Positions 53,701 through 64,000 of a stretch of DNA of 64,000 bases are shown here, piece by piece; within the stretch, counting starts at the first letter, position 1; each line of letters opens with the position of its first letter. The notes beneath the pieces were generated by a model. That model did no database searches. It was not told the origin of the DNA and worked only from the letters and a program-made list of their open reading frames with translations. The position numbers and the translations under genes are program-made. Source of the DNA: Eledone cirrhosa (taxonomy: Eukaryota); the NCBI GenBank assembly GCA_964016885.1, contig OZ024740.1, positions 17,794,001 through 17,858,000 on the forward strand. The letters are read 5' to 3'.

Positions 53701-56700
53701 AGTAGTAAGACCACAGTTCACCTTACCGAGTACATACACACATGTATATATAGAGAAGTAGTAAGACCACAGTTCACCATACCGAGTACATACACACATG
53801 TGTATATAGAGAAGTAGTAAACGACAGTTCACCATACCGAGTACATACACACATGTATATATAGAGAAGTAGTAAGACCACAGTTCACCATACCGAGTAC
53901 ATACACACATGTGTATATAGAGAAGTAGTAAGACCACAGTTCACCATACCGAGTACATACACACATGTGTATATATAGAGAAGTAGTAAGACCACAGTTC
54001 ACCATACCGAGTACATGCCCACATGTGTATATAGAGAAGTAGTAAGACCACAGTTCACCATACCGAGTACATACACACATGTGTATATAGAGAAGTAGTA
54101 AGACAACAGTTCACCATACCGAGTACATACACACATGTGTATATAGAGAAGTAGTAAGACCACAGTTCACCATACCGAGTACATACACACATGTATATAT
54201 AGAGAAGTAGTAAGACAACAGTTCACCATACCGAGTACATACACACATGTATATATAGAGAAGTAGTAAGACCACAGTTCACCATACCAAGTACATACAC
54301 ACATGTATATATATAGAGAAGTAGTAAGACCACAGTTGACCATACCGAGTACATACACACATGTATATATAGAGAAGTAGTAAGACCACAGTTCACCTTA
54401 CCGAGTACATACACACATGTATATATAGAGAAGTAGTAAGACCACAGTTCACCATACCGAGTACATACACACATGTGTATATAGAGAAGTAGTAAGACAA
54501 CAGTTCACCATACCGAGTACATACACACATGTGTATATATAGAAGTAGTAAGACCACAGTTCACCATACCGAGTACATACACACATGTATATATAGAGAA
54601 GTAGTAAGACGACAGTTCACCATACCGAGTACATACACACATGTATATATAGAGAAGTAGTAAGACCACAGTTCACCATACCGAGTACATACACACATGT
54701 ATATATATAGAGAAGTAGTAAGACCACAGTTCACCATACCGAGTACATACACACATGTATATATAGAGAAGTAGTAAGACCACAGTTCACCTTACCGAGT
54801 ACATACACACATGTATATATAGAGAAGTAGTAAGACCACAGTTCACCATACCGAGTACATACACACATGTGTATATAGAGAAGTAGTAAGACCACAGTTC
54901 ACCATACCGAGTACATACACACATGTGTATATAGAGAAGTAGTAAGACCACAGTTCACCATACCGAGTACATACACACATGTATATATATAGAGAAGTAG
55001 TAAGACCACAGTTCACTATACCGAGTACATACACACATGTATATATATAGAGAAGTAGTAAGACCACAGTTCACCATACCGAGTACATACACACATGTAT
55101 ATATAGAGAAGTAGTAAGACCACAGTTCACCATACCGAGTACATACACACATGTATATATAGAGAAGTAGTAAGACCACAGTTCACCATACCGAGTACAT
55201 ACACACATGTATATATAGAGAAGTAGTAAGACCACAGTTCACCATACCGAGTACATACACACATGTATATATAGAGAAGTAGTAAGACCACAGTTCACCA
55301 TACCGAGTACATACCCACATGTGTATATAGAGAAGTAGTAAGACCACAGTTCACCATACCGAGTACATACACACATGTGTATATAGAGAAGTAGTAAGAC
55401 CACAGTTCACCATACCGAGTACATACCCACATGTGTATATAGAGAAGTAGTAAGACCACAGTTCACCATACCGAGTACATGCCCACATGTGTATATAGAG
55501 AAGTAGTAAGACCACAGTTCACCATACCGAGTACATACACACATGTATATATATAGAGAAGTAGTAAGACCACAGTTCACCATACCGAGTACATACACAC
55601 ATGTATATATAGAGAAGTAGTAAGACCACAGTTCACCATACCGAGTACATACACACATGTGTATATAGAGAAGTAGAAAGACCACAGTTCACCATACCGA
55701 TTACATACACACATGTGTATATAGAGGAGTAGTAAGACCACAGTTCACCATACCGATTACATACACACATGTGTATATAGAGAAGTAGTAAGACCACAGT
55801 TCACCATACCGAGTACATACACACAGGTATATATATAGAGAAGTAGTAAGATCACAGTTCACCATACCGAGTACATACACACATGTATATATAGAGAAGT
55901 AGTAAGATCACAGTTCACCATACCGAGTACATACACACATGTATATATAGAGAAGTAGTAAGACCACAGTTCACCATACCGAGTACTTACACACATGTGT
56001 ATATAGAGAAGTAGTAAGACCACAGTTCACCATACCGAGTACATACACACACATGTATATATAGAGAAGTAGTAAGACCACAGTTCACCATACCGAGTAC
56101 ACACACACATGTATATATAGAGAAGTAGTAAGACCACAGTTCACCATACGGAGTACATACACACATGTATATATATAGAGAAGTAGTAAGACCACAGTTC
56201 ACCATACCGAGTACATACACACATGTATATATAGAGAAGTAGTAAGATCACAGTTCACCATACCGAGTACATACCCACATGTGTATATATAGAGAAATAG
56301 TAAGACCACAGTTGACCATACCGAGTACATACCCACATGTATATATAGAGAAGTAGTAAGACAACAGTTCACCATACCGAGTACATACACACATGTATAT
56401 ATAGAGAAGTAGTAAGACCACAGTTCACCATACCAAGTACATACACACATGTATATATATAGAGAAGTAGTAAGACCACAGTTCACCATACCGAGTACAT
56501 ACACACATGTATATATAGAGAAGTAGTAAGACCACAGTTCAACTTACCGAGTACATACACACATGTATATATAGAGAAGTAGTAAGACCACAGTTCATCA
56601 TACCGAGTACATACACACATGTGTATATAGAGAAGTAGTAAGACCACAGTTCACCATACCGAGTACATACACACATGTGTATATAGAGAAGTAGTAAGAC

Positions 56701-59700
56701 CACAGTTCACCATACCGAGTACATACACACATGTATATATATAGAGAAGTAGTAAGACCACAGTTCACTATACCGAGTACATACACACATGTATATATAG
56801 AGAAGTAGTAAGACCACAGTTCACCATACCGAGTACATACACACATGTATATATAGAGAAGTAGTAAGACCACAGTTCACCATACCGAGTACATACACAC
56901 ATGTATATATAGAGAAGTAGTAAGACCACAGTTCACCATACCGAGTACATACACACATGTGTATATAGAGAAGTAGTAAGACCACAGTTCACCATACCGA
57001 GTACATACCCACATGTGTATATAGAGAAGTAGTAAGACCACAGTTCAGCATACCGAGTATATACACACATGTGTATATAGAGAAGTAGTAAGACCACAGT
57101 TCACCATACCGAGTACATACCCACATGTGTATATAGAGAAGTAGTAACACCACAGTTCACCATACCGAGTACACACACACATGTATATATAGAGAAGTAG
57201 TAAGACCACAGTTCACCATACCGAGTACATACACACATGTATATATAGAGAAGTAGTAAGACCACAGTTCAACATACCGAGTACATACCCACATGTGTAT
57301 ATATAGAGAAGTAGTAAGACCATAGTTCACCATACCGAGTACATACCCACATGTATATATAGAGAAGTAGTAAGACCACAGTTCACCATATCGAGTACAT
57401 ACACACATGTATATATAGAGAAGCAGTAAGACCACAGTTCACCATACCGAGTACATACACACATGTGTATATATAGAGAAGTAGTAAGACCACAGTTCAC
57501 CATACCGAGTACATACACACATGTATATATAGAGAAGTAGTTAGACCACAGTTCACCATACCGAGTACATACACACATGTGTATATAGAGAAGTAGTAAG
57601 ACCACAGTTCACCATACCGAGTACATACACACATGTGTATATATAGAGAAGTAGTAAGACCACAGTTCACCATACCGAGTACATACACACATGTATATAT
57701 ATAGAGAAGTAGTAAGACCAGAGTTCACCATACCAAGTACATACACACATGTATATATATAGAGAAGTAGTAAGACCACAGTTCACCTTACCGAGTACAT
57801 ACACACACATGTATATATAGAGAAGCAGTAAGACCACAGTTCACCATACCGAGTACATACACACATGTGTATATAGAGAAGTAGTAAGACCACAGTTCAC
57901 CATACCGAGTACATACCCACATGTATATATATAGAGAAGTAGTAAGACCAGAGTTCACCATACCGAGTACATACACACATGTATATATATAGAGAAGTAG
58001 TAAGACCACAGTTCACCATACCGAGTACATAGCCACATGTATATATAGAGAAGTAGTAAGACCACAGTTCACCATACCGAGTACATACACACATGTATAT
58101 ATATAGAGAAGTAGTAAGATCACAGCTCACCATACCGAGTACATACACACATGTGTATATAGAGAAGTAGTAAGACCACAGTTCACCATACCGAGTACAT
58201 ACCCACATGTATATATATAGAGAAGTAGTAAGACCACAGTTCACCATACCGAGTACATACACGCATGTATATATAGAGAAGTAGTAAGACCACAGTTCAC
58301 AATACTGAGTACATACACACATGTGTATATAGAGAAATAGTAAGACAACAGTTCACCATACTGAGTACATACACACATGTGTATATAGAGAAGTAGTAAG
58401 ACCACAGTTCACCATACCGAGTACATACACACATGTATATATAGAGAAGTAGTAAGACAACAGTTCACCATACCGAGTACATACACACATGTATATATAG
58501 AGAAGTAGTAAGACCACAGTTCACCTTACCGAGTACATACACACATGTATATATAGAGAAGTAGTAAGACCACAGTTCACCATACCGAGTACATACACAC
58601 ATGTGTATATAGAGAAGTAGTAAACGACAGTTCACCATACCGAGTACATACACACATGTATATATAGAGAAGTAGTAAGACAACAGTTCACCATACCGAG
58701 TACATACACACATGTGTATATAGAGAAGTAGTAAGACAACAGTTCACCATACCGAGTACATACACACATGTGTATATAGAGAAGTAGTAAGACCACAGTT
58801 CACTATACCGAGTACATACACACATGTATATATAGAGAAGTAGTAAGACAACAGTTCACCATACCGAGTACATACACACATGTATATATAGAGAAGTAGT
58901 AAGACCACAGTTCACCATACCGAGTACATACCCACATGTATATATAGAGAAGTAGTAAGACCACAGTTCACCATACCGAGTACATACACACATGTATATA
59001 TATAGAGAAGTAGTAAGATCACAGTTCACCATACCGAGTACATACACACATGTGTATATAGAGAAGTAGTAAGACCACAGTTCACCATACCGAGTACATA
59101 CCCACATGTATATATATAGAGAAGTAGTAAGACCACAGTTCACCATACCGAGTACATACACACATGTATATATAGAGAAGTAGTAAGACCACAGTTCACA
59201 ATACTGAGTACATACACACATGTGTATATAGAGAAATAGTAAGACAACAGTTCACCATACCGAGTACATACACACATGTGTATATAGAGAAGTAGTAAGA
59301 CCACAGTTCACCATACCGAGTACATACACACATGTATATATAGAGAAGTAGTAAGACAACAGTTCACCATACCGAGTACATACACACATGTATATATAGA
59401 GAAGTAGTAAGACCACAGTTCACCTTACCGAGTACATACACACATGTATATATAGAGAAGTAGTAAGACCACAGTTCACCATACCGAGTACATACACACA
59501 TGTGTATATAGAGAAGTAGTAAACGACAGTTCACCATACCGAGTACATACACACATGTATATATAGAGAAGTAGTAAGACCACAGTTCACCATACCGAGT
59601 ACATACACACATGTGTATATAGAGAAGTAGTAAGACCACAGTTCACCATACCGAGTACATACACACATGTGTATATATAGAGAAGTAGTAAGACCACAGT

Positions 59701-62700
59701 TCACCATACCGAGTACATACCCACATGTGTATATAGAGAAGTAGTAAGACCACAGTTCACCATACCGAGTACATGCCCACATGTGTATATAGAGAAGTAG
59801 TAAGACCACAGTTCACCATACCGAGTACATACACGCATGTATATATATAGAGAAGTAGTAAGACCACAGTTCACCATACCGAGTACATACACACATGTAT
59901 ATATAGAGAAGTAGTAAGACCACAGTTCACCATACCGAGTACATACACACATGTGTATATAGAGAAGTAGAAAGACCACAGTTCACCATACCGATTACAT
60001 ACACACGTTTATATAGAGGAGTAGTAAGACCACAGTTCACCATACCGATTACATACACACATGTGTATATAGAGAAGTAGTAAGACCACAGTTCACCATA
60101 CCGAGTACATACACACATGTATATATATAGAGAAGTAGTAAGATCACAGTTCACCATACCGAGTACATACACACATGTATATATAGAGAAGTAGTAAGAT
60201 CACAGTTCACCATACCGAGTACATACACACATGTATATATAGAGAAGTAGTAAGACCACAGTTCACCATACCGAGTACTTACACACATGTGTATATAGAG
60301 AAGTAGTAAGACCACAGTTCACCATACCGAGTACATACACACACATGTATATATAGAGAAGTAGTAAGTCCACAGTTCACCATACCGAGTACACACACAC
60401 ATGTATATATAGAGAAGTAGTAAGACCACAGTTCACCATACGGAGTACATACACACATGTATATATATAGAGAAGTAGTAAGACCACAGTTCACCATACC
60501 GAGTACATACACACATGTATATATAGAGAAGTAGTAAGATCACAGTTCACCATACCGAGTACATACCCACATGTGTATATATAGAGAAATAGTAAGACCA
60601 CAGTTGACCATACCGAGTACATACCCACATGTATATATAGAGAAGTAGTAAGACAACAGTTCACCATACCGAGTACATACACACATGTATATATAGAGAA
60701 GTAGTAAGACCACAGTTCACCATACCAAGTACATACACACATGTATATATATAGAGAAGTAGTAAGACCACAGTTCACCATACCGAGTACATACACACAT
60801 GTATATATAGAGAAGTAGTAAGACCACAGTTCAACTTACCGAGTACATACACACATGTATATATAGAGAAGTAGTAAGACCACAGTTCATCATACCGAGT
60901 ACATACACACATGTGTATATAGAGAAGTAGTAAGACCACAGTTCACCATACCGAGTACATACACACATGTGTATATAGAGAAGTAGTAAGACCACAGTTC
61001 ACCATACCGAGTACATACACACATGTATATATATAGAGAAGTAGTAAGACCACAGTTCACTATACCGAGTACATACACACATGTATATATAGAGAAGTAG
61101 TAAGACCACAGTTCACCATACCGAGTACATACAGACATGTATATATAGAGAAGTAGTAAGACCACAGTTCACCATACCGAGTACATACACACATGTATAT
61201 ATAGAGAAGTAGTAAGACCACAGTTCACCATACCGAGTACATACACACATGTGTATATAGAGAAGTAGTAAGACCACAGTTCACCATACCGAGTACATAC
61301 CCACATGTGTATATAGAGAAGTAGTAAGACCACAGTTCAGCATACCGAGTACATACACACATGTGTATATAGAGAAGTAGTAAGACCACAGTTCACCATA
61401 CCGAGTACATACCCACATGTGTATATAGAGAAGTAGTAACACCACAGTTCACCATACCGAGTACACACACACATGTATATATAGAGAAGTAGCAAGACCA
61501 CAGTTCACCATACCGAGTACATACACACATGTATATATAGAGAAGTAGTAAGACCACAGTTCACCATACCGAGTACATACCCACATGTGTATATATAGAG
61601 AAGTAGTAAGACCATAGTTCACCATACCGAGTACATACCCACATGTATATATAGAGAAGTAGTAAGACCACAGTTCACCATATCGAGTACATACACACAT
61701 GTATATATAGAGAAGCAGTAAGACCACAGTTCACCATACCGAGTATATACACACATGTGTATATATAGAGAAGTAGTAAGACCACAGTTCACCATACCGA
61801 GTACATACACACATGTATATATAGAGAAGTAGTTAGACCACAGTTCACCATACCGAGTACATACACACATGTGTATATAGAGAAGTAGTAAGACCACAGT
61901 TCACCATACCGAGTACATACACACATGTGTATATATAGAGAAGTAGTAAGACCACAGTTCACCATACCGAGTACATACACACATGTATATATATAGAGAA
62001 GTAGTAAGACCAGAGTTCACCATACCAAGTACATACACACATGTATATATATAGAGAAGTAGTAAGACCACAGTTCACCTTACCGAGTACATACACACAC
62101 ATGTATATATAGAGAAGCAGTAAGACCACAGTTCACCATACCGAGTACATACACACATGTGTATATAGAGAAGTAGTAAGACCACAGTTCACCATACCGA
62201 GTACATACCCACATGCACATGTATATATATAGAGAAGTAGTAAGACCAGAGTTCACCATACCGAGTACATACACACATGTATATATATAGAGAAGTAGTA
62301 AGACCACAGTTCACCATACCGAGTACATACCCACATGTATATATAGAGAAGTAGTAAGACCACAGTTCACCATACCGAGTACATACACACATGTATATAT
62401 ATAGAGAAGTAGTAAGATCACAGCTCACCATACCGAGTACATACACACATGTGTATATAGAGAAGTAGTAAGACCACAGTTCACCATACCGAGTACATAC
62501 CCACATGTATATATATAGAGAAGTAGTAAGACCACAGTTCACCATACCGAGTACATACACACATGTATATATAGAGAAGTAGTAAGACCACAGTTCACAA
62601 TACTGAGTACATACACACATGTGTATATAGAGAAATAGTAAGACAACAGTTCACCATACCGAGTACATACACACATGTGTATATAGAGAAGTAGTAAGAC

Positions 62701-64000
62701 CACAGTTCACCATACCGAGTACATACACACATGTATATATAGAGAAGTAGTAAGACAACAGTTCACCATACCGAGTACATACACACATGTATATATAGAG
62801 AAGTAGTAACACCACAGTTCACCTTACCGAGTACATACACACATGTATATATAGAGAAGTAGTAAGACCACAGTTCACCATACCGAGTACATACACACAT
62901 GTGTATATAGAGAAGTAGTAAACGACAGTTCACCATACCGAGTACATACACACATGTATATATAGAGAAGTAGTAAGACCACAGTTCACCATACCGAGTA
63001 CATACACACATGTGTATATAGAGAAGTAGTAAGACCACAGTTCACCATACCGAGTACATACACACATGTGTATATATAGAGAAGTAGTAAGACCACAGTT
63101 CACCATACCGAGTACATAAACACATGTATATATAGAGAAGTAGTAAGACAACAGTTCACCATACCGAGTACATACCCACATGTATATATAGAGAAGTAGT
63201 AAGACAACAGTTCACCATACCGAGTACATACACACATGTGTATATAGAGAAGTAGTAAGACAATAGTTCACCATACCGAGTACATACACACATGTGTATA
63301 TAGAGAAGTAGTAAGACCACAGTTCACTATACAGAGTACATACACACATGTATATATAGAGAAGTAGTAAGACAACAGTTCACCATACCGAGTACATACA
63401 CACATGTATATATAGAGAAGTAGTAAGACCACAGTTCACCATACCGAGTACATACCCACATGTATATATAGAGAAGTAGTAAGACCACAGTTCACCATAC
63501 CGAGTACATACACACATGTATATATATAGAGAAGTAGTAAGATCACAGTTCACCATACCGAGTACATACACACATGTGTATATAGAGAAGTAGTAAGACC
63601 ACAGTTCACCATACCGAGTACATACCCACATGTATATATATAGAGAAGTAGTAAGACCACAGTTCACCATACCGAGTACATACACACATGTATATATAGA
63701 GAAGTAGTAAGACCACAGTTCACAATACTGAGTACATACACACATGTGTATATAGAGAAATAGTAAGACAACAGTTCACCATACCGAGTACATACACACA
63801 TGTGTATATAGAGAAGTAGTAAGACCACAGTTCACCATACCGAGTACATACACACATGTATATATAGAGAAGTAGTAAGACAACAGTTCACCATACCGAG
63901 TACATACACACATGTATATATAGAGAAGTAGTAAAACCACAGTTCACCTTACCGAGTACATACACACATGTATATATAGAGAAGTAGTAAGACCACAGTT
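41740..64000. repeat. Satellite DNA, 56-58-bp unit, about 390 copies, with higher-order repeats; runs off the window end
   Basis: Consensus gagaagtagtaagaccacagttcaccataccgagtacatacacacatgtatatata. Confidence 0.98.

Noticed and set aside
41740-64000. CRISPR array or repetitive CDS
   Set aside because: Head-to-tail monomers with no unique spacers, no cas genes, eukaryotic context

Overview
Repeat-dominated, AT/microsatellite-rich animal genomic DNA. The repeat landscape resembles a coleoid cephalopod (Octopus-like), which is an inference. The only host-gene piece I can recognise is one minus-strand internal exon (7120-7360) encoding part of a Cordon-bleu (COBL/COBLL1)-type ubiquitin-like domain, so much of the window is probably intronic. 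Mobile elements: a 5'-truncated Tx1-like LINE with an exact 18-bp TSD, an RTE-type LINE with an uninterrupted 1092-codon APE-RT-PHD ORF plus several truncated relatives, CR1/L2 and Merlin fragments, MITEs, and a tRNA-derived SINE family. The last 22 kb is a 56-58-bp satellite with multi-kb higher-order structure. Two things stand out. (1) About seven type-I hammerhead-ribozyme-like motifs, plus fold-back inverted repeats carrying hammerhead halves, mostly next to (TA)n tracts; these look like Penelope-like/retrozyme-like non-autonomous elements. (2) Three SINE copies whose 5' A-box-containing head is tandemly amplified about 24-31 times in front of an intact SINE body, one of them enclosed by a single TSD. 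Most ORFs in the supplied track are microsatellite or satellite artefacts.
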